Below are positions 18,938-30,001 of a stretch of 64,000 bases of DNA, piece by piece. How positions within the stretch are numbered: position 1 is the stretch's first letter; the number at the start of each line of letters is the position of its first letter. Below the pieces are notes generated by a model. The model was not told the origin of the DNA. It saw nothing but the letters and a program-made list of their open reading frames with translations, and did no database searches. Origin of the DNA: a virus. Its lineage: Duplodnaviria > Caudoviricetes. Both the position numbers and the translations under genes were made by a program. The stretch is taken from positions 32,001-96,000 of the IMG/VR virus record IMGVR_UViG_2645728028_000002; one strand, written 5' to 3'.

Positions 18938-21121
18938 ATGGAAGAAATTATTGAATTGAAAATTGTCCCTGTCAGAGAGTTTTTCCACAACAATGATTAT
19001 GGTATTTATGTTTGCGAAACTGATGAGCCGAATAAAGTAATGCTTAATAAATTCCATAATAATTTTTCAATGAAGGGCAATACATTCAAGTTAAAGTTAG
19101 ATAAAGAATATAATGCAAAATTGGTTGAGCGTGAGGATAAAAAATACGGCACATATTATGAAATTGTATCTATCTTTGAGAATATGCCAACAGGCAAGGA
19201 TCAGCAAAGAGGATATTTGTTAAGTGTCCTAACTGAGAAACAGGTTAATGCTATTTATAAAGCATATCCAGACGAGGATATTATTGAACTATTCAAGACA
19301 GACAAGTTTGATGTGAACAGGGTAAAAGGAATTGGAGAAAAATCTTATGTGAAGGTTAGGGATAAGATTATTGAAAACTTGGAGTTTCAGCAAGCTTTTG
19401 AATTCCTCAGTCAATATGGAGTTACGAATAACCTGATTATCAAACTGGTAAAACATTTTAAATCTGCAGGATTGTTAATAAAAAAGATGAAAGAGAATCC
19501 TTATTCGATTACTGATATATCGGGAATTGGATATAAAAAAGCTGACACTATAGCAATGAGCATGGGTTACGATCCAAGTGGTGAATTCAGAATTGACGCT
19601 GCTATCGAATATGTAGTTGAAGAAGAAAGCAATAAAGGTAACACTTATGTAACTACAGACAAATTAGTTTTCCAAGTAGAGGACTTGATCAGTGTTGCGG
19701 AGTCATTAATAAATAATCAAATAAAAAATACTTCTAATCTAATTGTATCAGGTGATAGAGTTGCATTAAAGAAAAATTACGATGCGGAAAAGTTTATCTC
19801 TAAGAAATTGAAATCAATTTTAAAAAACAGCTCTTCTCTTAATTTTGATGTTGAGAAATTCATCTTAGATCAAGAAGAGAAAAGAGGTATAAAATTAACA
19901 GACCAGCAAAAATCGTTTTTCTATAATATTAAGGATCATAATGTTAACTTACTTGTTGGTTACGCTGGAACTGGTAAAAGCCAATTAACTGCCTTACTTA
20001 TTGACTTATTAGAGCAATTGAAAATTGGTTATAAGCTCACAAGTCCAACCGGAAAAGCAGCTAAGGTAGTTAGCAATTATACAAATAGAACGGCTGAAAC
20101 CCTTCACAGAGCAATAGGCTTAGGGCGTGAAGGAAGAGAAGATGAAATTAAGTATATTGAAGAAGAATTTGTAATTGTTGATGAAACATCAATGGTTGAT
20201 GTCCAATTGTGCTCAAAACTATTAAAAAAATGTAATAATGAAAATTTAAGAATTTTGTTTATTGGGGATGATTTTCAAATCGCTTCAATTGGGGCAGGCA
20301 GGTTACTATATGATCTGATACAAAGCAACAGGATTCCAACTACCAAAATTGATATCGTTTTCCGTCAAAAAGAAAATAGCATACTCGATATAGCAACAAA
20401 AATCAGACAAGGTAAGAAGTTTCTTAATAATAGTGATGAAGGAATATTTAAGTTTAGTGAAAATTGCATAGTAGCAAGTGTGCCACAAGATAAAATGGAG
20501 GGCGGATATAAGTACTATCTTAAAGAGATGCTAAATTCTTTCTCCAGTGATGAGATTACTATTACTACCCCTACTAAAAAGTCAAAGTTGGGTACAGTTG
20601 AAATAAATAAGCATACTCAGGAATCTGTAAATCCGAATGATGGATCTAAGATAGAAAAACAATTTGGATATGATGGTGTTGTGTTTAGAGAAGGAGACTT
20701 GGTTATTAATGCAAAGAATACCTATAGAATACAAGATATTCACTCAAATGAAATTGATATAGTTAACGGTGATGTTGGAAAAATAATAAAGATTGATCTA
20801 GAAGAAGAGGAAATATGGGTTGATTTTGATTTTGCTACAATCCCATTTGACTACGCCATGTTAGGGCAATTGCTTCATTGTTGGTCTATGACGATACACA
20901 AAATGCAGGGATCTTCTAATAAAGCCATCTGTGTAATTGCGGATAAGGCGCATAAATTTCAATTAAATGCAAACCTACTTTACACTGCTGTCACAAGAAG
21001 CGTTGATTATCTTGTAATATTAAGTCAAGCATCCACTATCAATTTCGCATTAAAGAAGATTGCTAGTTTACAAAGAGATACATTTTTAGGTGAATTTTTA
21101 AGGGAGGATGGAGATGCCTAA
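18938..21121 (+). CDS. recD2: RecD2-like SF1B helicase
   Basis: HhH repeats, GYAGTGKS, PTGKAA, VDETSM, GDDFQ, FRQ, TIHKMQGS, YTAVTR. Confidence 0.92.
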   Translation: MEEIIELKIVPVREFFHNNDYGIYVCETDEPNKVMLNKFHNNFSMKGNTFKLKLDKEYNAKLVEREDKKYGTYYEIVSIFENMPTGKDQQRGYLLSVLTEKQVNAIYKAYPDEDIIELFKTDKFDVNRVKGIGEKSYVKVRDKIIENLEFQQAFEFLSQYGVTNNLIIKLVKHFKSAGLLIKKMKENPYSITDISGIGYKKADTIAMSMGYDPSGEFRIDAAIEYVVEEESNKGNTYVTTDKLVFQVEDLISVAESLINNQIKNTSNLIVSGDRVALKKNYDAEKFISKKLKSILKNSSSLNFDVEKFILDQEEKRGIKLTDQQKSFFYNIKDHNVNLLVGYAGTGKSQLTALLIDLLEQLKIGYKLTSPTGKAAKVVSNYTNRTAETLHRAIGLGREGREDEIKYIEEEFVIVDETSMVDVQLCSKLLKKCNNENLRILFIGDDFQIASIGAGRLLYDLIQSNRIPTTKIDIVFRQKENSILDIATKIRQGKKFLNNSDEGIFKFSENCIVASVPQDKMEGGYKYYLKEMLNSFSSDEITITTPTKKSKLGTVEINKHTQESVNPNDGSKIEKQFGYDGVVFREGDLVINAKNTYRIQDIHSNEIDIVNGDVGKIIKIDLEEEEIWVDFDFATIPFDYAMLGQLLHCWSMTIHKMQGSSNKAICVIADKAHKFQLNANLLYTAVTRSVDYLVILSQASTINFALKKIASLQRDTFLGEFLREDGDA

Positions 21122-21905
21122 ATTTATTGATTTGACTGGAGAAAAGTTTGGGAAACTGACGGTGAAATACAAAATTGATACTGACTCGAACCGCACGTTC
21201 TGGTTCTGTGAGTGTGATTGCGGTGGAAAGAAAGAGGCTAGGTCAGATGCATTAAGGAATGGAACAACTACTCATTGTGGATGTGTTGGTTTAGGTACAC
21301 ACAATAAAACGGGTCATAGGTTGTTTAATATTTGGCAAGGTATGAAGGATCGTTGCTACAATACAAACAGTAAAGATTACAACAGATACGGTGGTAGAGG
21401 AATTGAAGTGTGTCAAGAATGGATAGATGACTTTATGAACTTTTACAATTGGGCAATGGAGAATGGTTATAATCACTCTTTGTCTATAGACCGAGTTAAT
21501 GTCAATAGAAATTACGAACCTAACAATTGTAAATGGGCTACTCCAGAAGAACAAGCAAACAACACAAGAAAAAATAATTTAATCAAGGTAAACGGAGAGG
21601 TTAAATCAGTATCTCAATGGGCAAGAATTTCAGGTGTTTCAAGATATGTAATTAAGAAAAGGTATGCTGAAGGTGTTAGAGGTAGTGATTTGTTTCTCCC
21701 AGTTGAGGAAATAAAAGCTCAATATCAATCGGGAGTACCTTATATTAAGTGGGATAAGAAAAAGGAGAGATGGAGAACAGAAGTTAAATATAATGGGAAA
21801 AAGCATTTTGTTGGAAATATTAAAGACCTAGATGATGCAATTAATAAGCAAAATGAATTCAAAGAAAGATTAATTAAACAAAGGGAGGAGGGAGAGGTTG
21901 AATGA
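21108..21905 (+). CDS. HNH homing endonuclease with C-terminal AP2 domain
   Basis: DLTGEKFGKL, WFCECDCG, YGGRGI, SIDRVN..YEPNNCKWAT..QANN; AP2-like C-terminus. Confidence 0.85.
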   Translation: MEMPKFIDLTGEKFGKLTVKYKIDTDSNRTFWFCECDCGGKKEARSDALRNGTTTHCGCVGLGTHNKTGHRLFNIWQGMKDRCYNTNSKDYNRYGGRGIEVCQEWIDDFMNFYNWAMENGYNHSLSIDRVNVNRNYEPNNCKWATPEEQANNTRKNNLIKVNGEVKSVSQWARISGVSRYVIKKRYAEGVRGSDLFLPVEEIKAQYQSGVPYIKWDKKKERWRTEVKYNGKKHFVGNIKDLDDAINKQNEFKERLIKQREEGEVE

Positions 21906-22683
21906 TTTTAGAAAATACCTTCAGGTAAATGAATATCAAAATAAAATATACATACCTAATGAAATATTCAATGATCTAAGAGTGCTGCATAATAAAGGAA
22001 GTAGTCATGTAGCATTTACTTACTCATATTATTATTTGATCAGTTGGCTGTATAGGTATGCTAAGTATGGTGAATTGAATATTGATGTGAAAATGATTAA
22101 GCAATTGTTAGGATATAGTCCAGAAAATAAAAAGGTTAACTATTTGATAAAGAAAAATGGATTCCTTGATGAGATTGGCTATACCTGCACAGATACAGAT
22201 TATCCTTTAAGTTGGAATTTTAATGGTGGAGATATTAATTTTATGATGCTTAGTGATATGGATGAGGATGTAAGGAATCTCCTGATTAAGCAGAAGGGTA
22301 AAAATTATAAAGTTAAAGTTCCAGTTAAAGGATTATGGAGAACAGTAGATAGTGAGAAAGAGAATGTATGGGATGGAACATTCTATGATATTGAATATAC
22401 ACATGAGTTGAACTTTGATGTATTTGTAAAATGTATAGAGAATGATCAGTTAGGAGTAAGTGGGTTTTACCTTTATGGTTATTTGAAATACAGGTGTGAT
22501 AAATTTAATGAGTATCATGCTTCAATTGAACGAATTTCGGAAGAGGTAGGAATGAGTAAAAATACTGCAGATAAATATTTAACTAAACTATGCTTATCTG
22601 GATTATTAAAATATAAAGAGAATGATTGTGTAAAGGTTGAAGGTGAGTATAAGAAACAGGCTAATAGTTATTCTATTGCCTGA
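21898..22683 (+). CDS. Winged-helix DNA-binding protein, possibly replication-related
   Basis: C-terminal ASIERISEEVGMSKNTADKYLTKL wHTH. Confidence 0.55.
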   Translation: MNDFRKYLQVNEYQNKIYIPNEIFNDLRVLHNKGSSHVAFTYSYYYLISWLYRYAKYGELNIDVKMIKQLLGYSPENKKVNYLIKKNGFLDEIGYTCTDTDYPLSWNFNGGDINFMMLSDMDEDVRNLLIKQKGKNYKVKVPVKGLWRTVDSEKENVWDGTFYDIEYTHELNFDVFVKCIENDQLGVSGFYLYGYLKYRCDKFNEYHASIERISEEVGMSKNTADKYLTKLCLSGLLKYKENDCVKVEGEYKKQANSYSIA

Positions 22684-22689
22684 TTTATT

Positions 22690-23930
22690 TTATGAAAATT
22701 AAAAAGGTTATCTTTTTGGGTGATTAAAGAATATAGTTAATAATAAATATATTAATAGTTATATAAATTATATTATAAGATATCCCAAATTGTTAACCTT
22801 TTTGAAAATTGAATTATGAGCGTAAAAAAAATAAGGGTAATTTTTGGGTAAGAGGTAGCTAATATGCTGCCTTTTTTGTTTTGGATTAAAAATATGCCCC
22901 CTATAGGCATGTGGGAGGGCAAATTAGGGTGAAATTTGTGTAGTCGTAGTGTGAATTTTGAGGTTGGATGATAAAAGTGTACGATTGCTGGATTGTCGTG
23001 AGAGTGTGTAGGAGATTGATATAAGGGTGTGAAAATAGGGGATAGAATTAGATGTATCAAGGGATTGGAAGGTGTTATATGGATTGATATGGGAGTGTGA
23101 TGATGTGTGTAGGGTAGGTGTAATCGTGTAAATGTAGATGGGATAAGGGATTGAGGGATGGTAAGGATGGATTATAGGTATTATTGAGTGAAAATGAGTA
23201 TGAATAGGATAAGGAGAGGAATCCAGTATTATCAAGGGATTGAGTCGTGTCGGGACGATTGATCAGACGAGTGAAAATTAGTGAGAAAATGGAATATATG
23301 GATAATCCATTATCGGGAAAAATACTGTGGTGTGGAAATGGAAGTGCTAGGCTTCAGAATGAGAACGGGTGTACGCATTTAGATGTAAAATAACCCCCCC
23401 CTTAATTGCCTATATAAGATTCATTCCACCGTTTTAGTTTGTAATTACTGCTATTTTTACCTATTTCTACCCAATACACTAGCAATCCAGCCAATTAAGC
23501 AGCTATTCAAAAATTTAAACTATAATTTATCCATATTTTAACCAGTGTTTACCGTTCCTTCCTGCTTAATCATTAGATAACATAACATTATGACACGATG
23601 TCATTATATAAGTATTTGATTATATGTTTATCATTATCACTTTACATAGTTTTTAATACTACATGTAACTATGCAAGATTCTTCATACTGTCCAATATAG
23701 TCCTATTCATACCATGCAATATTTTTCATACTCATTCAGTTGCTCATAATTATTTTATATTCACCTAATCACACCAATACAAATTAATCAATCATTCCTA
23801 CTTATCCACAACTTACTAACAATTGTTAACAACTATCTGCTCACTATCTACCCTAATCATTTATATTTAATCCTATACACTCATATATTAGCGGATAAAA
23901 TAAACTTGTATTTCTCCAAATTATTTTACA
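22690..23930. other. Long non-coding region with G-rich to C-rich strand switch
   Basis: G/purine-rich about 22900-23370, C8 tract at 23394-23401, then C/A-rich. Confidence 0.75.
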
Positions 23931-23938
23931 TATTTATA

Positions 23939-23967
23939 TTGAATTATTTCATATTGTGTGCTATAAT
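23939..23967 (+). promoter_or_regulatory. sigma-A promoter with extended -10
   Basis: TTGAAT-17-TATAAT with TG. Confidence 0.75.
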
Positions 23968-24001
23968 TAACTTAATCAAATAAATACATATACTTTAAGG
24001 A

Positions 24002-24490
24002 GTGAATACAATGTATAAAATACCTTGTAAAAACTGCAAAGGACATGGGGTACTAAACAACTTTAAACATGTTCAAGACGGTATTTGTTTCAAATGTTCT
24101 GGGTCAGGTTATCAGGAAGCAAGCAAAGAAGAATATGAGAACTATAAACAGTTTGAAGAAATGCAGAAACAAGGAAAATACATTGTATTCAATAATGGTA
24201 AAACTGAATTATTCCAAAATGAAAAGAAAATTTTCGCACAATATGGAAACTTTTTCACTGGTGAATATGGTAACTATTCAGTAAAAATTAATTACAAAAA
24301 TGAAAACATTATCTATACAAGACATACAATAAATTCAGATGAATTTATAAGAGCAGTAAAGAATGAATACAACAATAAGTTAAATAAAAAGATAATTAAA
24401 TTTAAAAAACAATTAGAAGATGAGTTAGATCAAGAATGGATTGAATTATTAAATAAAAAAATAAAGCAGCTTGAAAGCCAGCTAATATAA
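24002..24490 (+). CDS. Hypothetical protein with DnaJ-type CxxCxGxG zinc motifs
   Basis: CKNCKGHG ... CFKCSGSG. Confidence 0.75.
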   Translation: MNTMYKIPCKNCKGHGVLNNFKHVQDGICFKCSGSGYQEASKEEYENYKQFEEMQKQGKYIVFNNGKTELFQNEKKIFAQYGNFFTGEYGNYSVKINYKNENIIYTRHTINSDEFIRAVKNEYNNKLNKKIIKFKKQLEDELDQEWIELLNKKIKQLESQLI

Positions 24491-24538
24491 ATTAGTTAGG
24501 CTTTTATTTTTTCTTTATATATATTTATCGTTTTTTTA

Positions 24539-24567
24539 TTGAATTATTTTATATTAAATGTTATAAT
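24539..24567 (+). promoter_or_regulatory. sigma-A promoter
   Basis: TTGAAT-17-TATAAT with TG; near copy of the 23939 and 28147 promoters. Confidence 0.75.
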
Positions 24568-24617
24568 GAGTGTAACGATAAGTTAATCAAATAAGCAACT
24601 TTAAAGGAGCGGATATC

Positions 24618-25889
24618 ATGACAACTTCAACACCTGTTTACAACCTTTCAACAGTCACTTTCACTCAGGACTCTAACCAGCCATACATACTAAACATTAC
24701 AGCGTTAAACGACTTTTATAATACTATTAAGATAGGATCTTTCAACTTTTATCACAAAGCTGGTTATATCAAGTTACCAAACGGCACAACAAAGGAATAT
24801 AAACAATTCAACTCTTTACTAAACGCATTCTTTAAAATTGATCCTATGTTTGGCTACACTATTACAGGTATAGAGGCAGCAAAGGCAGCAGGAAATAAAA
24901 TGATTAAAGAAGAAAAGAAGCAAGCTGAAAAGGATTTTAAAGAACTTCAAATAAATAAAGCAAATGATTACTTAAACAAAGTAACTAATAAAGATAAAAC
25001 AACTTTAAAGAACTTAAGGATCTTTGCAGATAAAACAGACTCCGAACTATTAGAAGTAATTAATAATACATTTAAAAATGCTATTTCTAAAAAGTTAGCT
25101 GCAGATATCCTAAACGCAATCAAAGAAGCATTACAACCAGTTGAGGAAAATATTCCTGCTGAAACAACTAACACAATAGAAAATAATCAAACAACTGAAC
25201 AAAAAGAATCTTATGTAGTTGCTAACCGTTCATTCACTTCTTATGATGCAGCTTATCAGTATTGTATAGAATCAGACTTCGAACCAGAAACAATGATAAT
25301 AAAGGAGGTTGCTACTCAGCAACCTTCCCAAACTAAACCAGATCAAACAAATAAACCTGCTGAGCCTGTAACATACCATTTCTACAAACAAACGTTTAAT
25401 ACTTACATGGAGGCTTATAATTACGCTTTAAATAATATGTCACCTGTAACTATGGTTATTGCTTCAGTTCATCCATACATGACTAATGAGAGGCTTCAGC
25501 AGCTGGAAAAAGAATATATCTTTAGTAAAATGAATATGTCTCTAGAGGACATGAAAGAGTATTTTAAATATATATCTGAATTACCCGATACACTTGATAA
25601 GGAAGACAGATATTATAAACTAAAGTCATGGATAGAGAGAAAAGAAAATAAAATAAAATCAATTGTAGCAACTAAACAGAGGCAAAAAGAACAAGCAATA
25701 GAAATAGATAACATGTTCAATGATTTGTATTCAATAGGAATGAATAAGAAAGAGTATTCAGATCTAGTTGTTTACACTTTAAACGGTGAAAAAATATATA
25801 GCTGGTCTTCAGGTATAGCAATAGAGAAAATGTACAATGAGCTATTAGAAGTACATTCTAAACACTTTAAAAAGCCCGCAACGGCTTAA
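24618..25889 (+). CDS. Hypothetical early protein
   Basis: 423 aa ORF with AAGGAG RBS; internal repeat FTSYDAAYQY / FNTYMEAYNY. Confidence 0.75.
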   Translation: MTTSTPVYNLSTVTFTQDSNQPYILNITALNDFYNTIKIGSFNFYHKAGYIKLPNGTTKEYKQFNSLLNAFFKIDPMFGYTITGIEAAKAAGNKMIKEEKKQAEKDFKELQINKANDYLNKVTNKDKTTLKNLRIFADKTDSELLEVINNTFKNAISKKLAADILNAIKEALQPVEENIPAETTNTIENNQTTEQKESYVVANRSFTSYDAAYQYCIESDFEPETMIIKEVATQQPSQTKPDQTNKPAEPVTYHFYKQTFNTYMEAYNYALNNMSPVTMVIASVHPYMTNERLQQLEKEYIFSKMNMSLEDMKEYFKYISELPDTLDKEDRYYKLKSWIERKENKIKSIVATKQRQKEQAIEIDNMFNDLYSIGMNKKEYSDLVVYTLNGEKIYSWSSGIAIEKMYNELLEVHSKHFKKPATA

Positions 25890-25975
25890 AATAACCAAAC
25901 TAATACAATTATATAGAGGAGGTTGTAAAGCCTTCTCTATATCCTAAACAACTAATAAGAAAGGAGACACATCAC

Positions 25976-26068
25976 ATGTTAAAACAACTCATCCAACAAA
26001 ATACATACACTTTCACTATTGCAGCTCTAGCCATTGCAGCCCAAACATTCCTATATTTCACACTGTAA
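25976..26068 (+). CDS. 30-aa hydrophobic peptide (not in ORF track)
   Basis: AAAGGAG RBS; MLKQLIQQNTYTFTIAALAIAAQTFLYFTL. Confidence 0.5.
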   Translation: MLKQLIQQNTYTFTIAALAIAAQTFLYFTL

Positions 26069-26206
26069 TATTAACCTTATCCATATCAAAATAAATTAAT
26101 CAAACAACACAAAAATACTATACAAATTATTCTAACCATGTTATAATAAAGATAGTTAAAAGGTAGCCAAAATTACATACCCTTTGAGGGTTCGGGAGGA
26201 ATTCAC

Positions 26207-26437
26207 ATGTTAACTATTAAAGGTTTATCACCTAAACAAAATGAATTAGTAAATGCATCTCTAAACTTTAAAGAATCTGATCAACCTAAAAGAATTTTCC
26301 CTTATTGCCTTGGTACTGTAATTATTGAAACTAATAGCGAAAAATATTTCACAATTAAATATGACGGAACTATTAATAATACTACAAGTAAAATCTTAGC
26401 TGACTTTCATGATTTACCTTTATATACATTCTGCTAA
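26207..26437 (+). CDS. Hypothetical protein
   Basis: GGAGG RBS, upstream TG-TATAAT. Confidence 0.65.
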   Translation: MLTIKGLSPKQNELVNASLNFKESDQPKRIFPYCLGTVIIETNSEKYFTIKYDGTINNTTSKILADFHDLPLYTFC

Positions 26438-26830
26438 AGATAAGAAAGGAGTAAAATTTTTAATGAGTTACTATAACGATATTCACTGTTCTGAATGTGG
26501 TCAACAAGTTTGCTATTCATGTGGATGCTGCTGTAATGAATCATGTGATAATAAAAGTTGTCCAGAATCCTAGTATGTTTTACGAATAAAGGAGGCTATC
26601 CAAATGATTAACCTTAAAACGCTTTACAACCAGTTAGAAGTAGCACAAACAACTTCAGAACGTTTTGATATCTGGAAACAAATTAAGCAATTAGAAAAGG
26701 AAATAGAAAACGCTATTGACCACGATACACCAGCATTTTAAACTAATTTAATAATAATTTTTTGATCAGCATTTTCGCTGGTCTTTTTCCCTTTTCTGCT
26801 CACTCACAAATTAAGGAGGAATATATTTAA

Positions 26831-27940
26831 ATGAATTTATCTAATATTGAAGTAGGAAACATATATAAAAATTATAAGGCTTTATGTGAAATACTAGAGG
26901 AAAAGAATAAGACAGGTAACGCAAAAAAGGCACAACTTAAAGAATGGGAAAGGTTTTTCAAATATGAAAAGGAAGGGAATAAATTTATAATTACTCATGT
27001 ATATGCTATTCCTTTACCCGAAAACAACAATAAGACTAAATACATACCAACAATTGAAAAATTAATACTTGATAAAGTTGTTCAATTCGGCAATAAAGGA
27101 AAGGTTTTTATTTCAAAAAGCCAGCTAATGCAAGAATTAAAAATGATCAATGAAAATTATACTTTTGCAAAATATAAGCAATTAAGATTAGCAAAGCATA
27201 TGAATATATCATTAGAAGAAGTTGAAGAATTTTATATGACTTCTGACGACTTACTGAAAAGAAATATAGAAGCAGCTTTAAACAGTTTGCGTAATCAATC
27301 ATTAATATTCTGGACTAATGCAATGACTTTATGCTTTATTGAAACCCATGCAGAGACAAATAATACAAACAATATTAAAGCAACTAAAGAGGAAAGAACA
27401 AACGAATACAACGAAAATACAGTATCATTTTCTGCAATTAAACCAGTAAGCTATCAAACATATAGGAAAGCCACAGAAGAGGAAATAGAGTATATTTTGC
27501 AAGTTGAAAAGGAAGTATTAAATAAATATAATTGTGATAAAATTAGTGAAACATTTAAAAAAGGACTAAATAATAAATTTTACAAAGAAGTAAAAGAAAT
27601 ACTTTTTGATACTGCGAATATTTATTATTATTTTAATTCCTATGAGATAATAGCAAATGAAAAATATATTTATTCTAAATGGGAAGAATTAGAGGAATTA
27701 CAGTTAGAACTTGATGAAAGAGAAACATATAAAAATACTTTAAATTATGATGTTATAGATAGAATTAATCATAATGCAGAAAGAAGGCATTTAAAAGCAA
27801 TTGAAACTCTAAATGATGATGCACCAGAAAGAATAAAAAACAGATCAAACGAAAACTATTTAAGCAATAGTTATAAATTAACTGATACACTTATTAATAA
27901 AAATGCATTATCTTTAAAAAGAGAATTCAATATAAAATAA
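26831..27940 (+). CDS. Hypothetical phage DNA-binding protein
   Basis: 369 aa, AAGGAGG RBS; followed by long inverted repeats. Confidence 0.7.
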   Translation: MNLSNIEVGNIYKNYKALCEILEEKNKTGNAKKAQLKEWERFFKYEKEGNKFIITHVYAIPLPENNNKTKYIPTIEKLILDKVVQFGNKGKVFISKSQLMQELKMINENYTFAKYKQLRLAKHMNISLEEVEEFYMTSDDLLKRNIEAALNSLRNQSLIFWTNAMTLCFIETHAETNNTNNIKATKEERTNEYNENTVSFSAIKPVSYQTYRKATEEEIEYILQVEKEVLNKYNCDKISETFKKGLNNKFYKEVKEILFDTANIYYYFNSYEIIANEKYIYSKWEELEELQLELDERETYKNTLNYDVIDRINHNAERRHLKAIETLNDDAPERIKNRSNENYLSNSYKLTDTLINKNALSLKREFNIK

Positions 27941-28146
27941 TTAAAAGTTGTCCGTTTGTTCCTATATAATATATTAATACTTATATATGGGAAGATATGG
28001 ACAACTTTTTAAATTTCATTTCAAAACGGTTTATCTTGAAATGAAGCCAAGGAACTTTTGCGTTCTTTGCAAAAGTGGGCTGGCAAGCCAAATCATTTAA
28101 TCTTTTGCTATTTTAAATAAAATTGTACATTTATTTAAACTTATTA

Positions 28147-28175
28147 TTGAATTATTTTGTATTAAATGTTATACT
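28147..28175 (+). promoter_or_regulatory. sigma-A promoter
   Basis: TTGAAT-17-TATACT with TG. Confidence 0.7.
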
Positions 28176-28221
28176 TTAGTTAATCAGTTAAATACATATT
28201 CACTTTAGGAGGAAAATAAAA

Positions 28222-28797
28222 ATGACTAACTTAATCGGCTTAAAATTAAAAGGTACTCAGGGATCAGAAATTGAAGTTGTTTCATTCTTTGAAAAGTTTA
28301 ATATGTACCAGTGTAAAGAAACTAAAAATAATATTATTACTTCTCCTTTGCTTTCAGAATCAGAAATAAATGAATTAATTAAAAGTCAATCTAAAATAAT
28401 CGAATCTGAAAAAGTTGTTTCTTCATTAAAGGAAAGTCAGGATCAGGAGCAAAAAGAAATTAAAGACGCTGAAAGCATTGGAGAATTTAAAAAGCATGAT
28501 CCAAAACAACATGCAAAAGCTAAAGCAGCATTAAATAAACAATTTAAATACAATGATAAATGGTACACTAGAAAAGAATATGTATTAGAAATTCTAAATA
28601 ATGAAGACATTCAGCCACTATTCCATAAAAAGAAATGGTACTTTGAAAACATCAAAAAGAGTACTGCAGTTCAGGCAACAAAAACAGAAATTGAATTTTA
28701 TATTTATCTTAAAGCTAATTATCATCATGATAATATTTTACCTGAAGCAACTAAACAACAATTAATTAAACAATATATTGAAGAGTTAGCAGCCTAA
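28222..28797 (+). CDS. Hypothetical protein
   Basis: AGGAGG RBS; followed by AGCAGC...GCTGCT-T terminator. Confidence 0.7.
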   Translation: MTNLIGLKLKGTQGSEIEVVSFFEKFNMYQCKETKNNIITSPLLSESEINELIKSQSKIIESEKVVSSLKESQDQEQKEIKDAESIGEFKKHDPKQHAKAKAALNKQFKYNDKWYTRKEYVLEILNNEDIQPLFHKKKWYFENIKKSTAVQATKTEIEFYIYLKANYHHDNILPEATKQQLIKQYIEELAA

Positions 28798-29080
28798 TAA
28801 GCTGCTTTTCTTTTTGTTCTTGCATTTCCTTATACATTCCCTTTATATGCGTTTGTTCTTCCCTTCCTACCTTTACACCAGATAAGCAGCTAAAAGCCTT
28901 ATATAGCCATTCTGAACGGTTTAAACGATTGTTAATGTGATTGATCTAATACACGATAAAACTGGTATTTTAAGCTGATATACAGAGTGAAAATGTTTAA
29001 TAAATTATTGCCAAAATTAGTTGTAATATTAATTAATTTAATGTAGAATAAAGATAGTTAATAAATATTAATTAATTGGA

Positions 29081-29431
29081 GTGATTATTATGTCTAAGCG
29101 TTTATCATTCTCAACAATTGAAACTAAGTTTAAAGAACTAAACCCATTCGGGCAGATCACTAAACAATCAAATAATACTTATTGGATATATTTTGATGCT
29201 AGAGACAACAGGAGCGAAGCAGAAAAAGAGCTTGAAACATGGGGAACAAAAACAGACAAAAGGAAAATATACACTTATAAAGCAAGTAGTTTAATCCAGT
29301 TAGCGCATAAATTAAAACTAGATATATCAGAGTATGAAGAATATAAACTAAGCAAAGTGAATCAGGAATGGGAAGAAATGCTAAAAATTCCATATATAGA
29401 AAATGATGAAGATCCTTTATTCTTTGAATGA
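29081..29431 (+). CDS. Hypothetical protein
   Basis: ORF with upstream promoter TTGTAA-17-TAGAAT. Confidence 0.65.
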   Translation: MIIMSKRLSFSTIETKFKELNPFGQITKQSNNTYWIYFDARDNRSEAEKELETWGTKTDKRKIYTYKASSLIQLAHKLKLDISEYEEYKLSKVNQEWEEMLKIPYIENDEDPLFFE

Positions 29432-29537
29432 GGGTTCTTTTTTTTTTTGCTTTTTACCGGACATATTAACATTTACTCATTGTATTATGAATTAATTTAT
29501 TATATAATTTAAGTACAATTAATTAGGAGTTGTTAAC

Positions 29538-29837
29538 ATGATAACTATTAATAAAGTCTTGTTACATGATAAGAAGCGTTTAAAACACTTTTCTCAAGTT
29601 CTTTTGTATTATAAGGATATACACTGCAATTCAATTGTAGAAACGAATTTAAAGACATTAGAAAGCAAAATCAATTATGTAATGGTACTTCATGGAGGAT
29701 CAGAAGAAGCAGACAAGGAAATAAGAGCAAAGGGATATAAACCAGATCAGAACATATTAGACGAATTGCAGCAGGAAGAAAAAGAAATGATTTTAGAAAC
29801 TATTAGACAATCAGAAATATTAAAGAAATACCTTTGA
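29538..29837 (+). CDS. Hypothetical protein
   Basis: AGGAG RBS, promoter TTGTAT-17-TATAAT at 29480. Confidence 0.65.
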   Translation: MITINKVLLHDKKRLKHFSQVLLYYKDIHCNSIVETNLKTLESKINYVMVLHGGSEEADKEIRAKGYKPDQNILDELQQEEKEMILETIRQSEILKKYL

Positions 29838-30001
29838 GCAGCTTATAATAGGCTGTTTTTCTTTTCTCTGGGAGCTGCTCAGCAACGGTAAAAAAAAAAT
29901 TTAAAATAAATTAATTAAATGTATTGCAATATTAAATAATTTAGCATATAATAACATTAAGAGTTAAGCAATTACATAAAACCTTTAAGGAGTGTTTAAT
30001 T

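Noticed and set aside
1197-21905. Group I introns or inteins in terL, yonO or recD2
   Set aside because: These ORFs are continuous and of ordinary length; the endonucleases lie between genes
22773-23235. Minus-strand ORFs of 95 and 103 aa rich in His/Pro/Ile
   Set aside because: Composition simply mirrors the G-rich top strand; no RBS; probably non-coding
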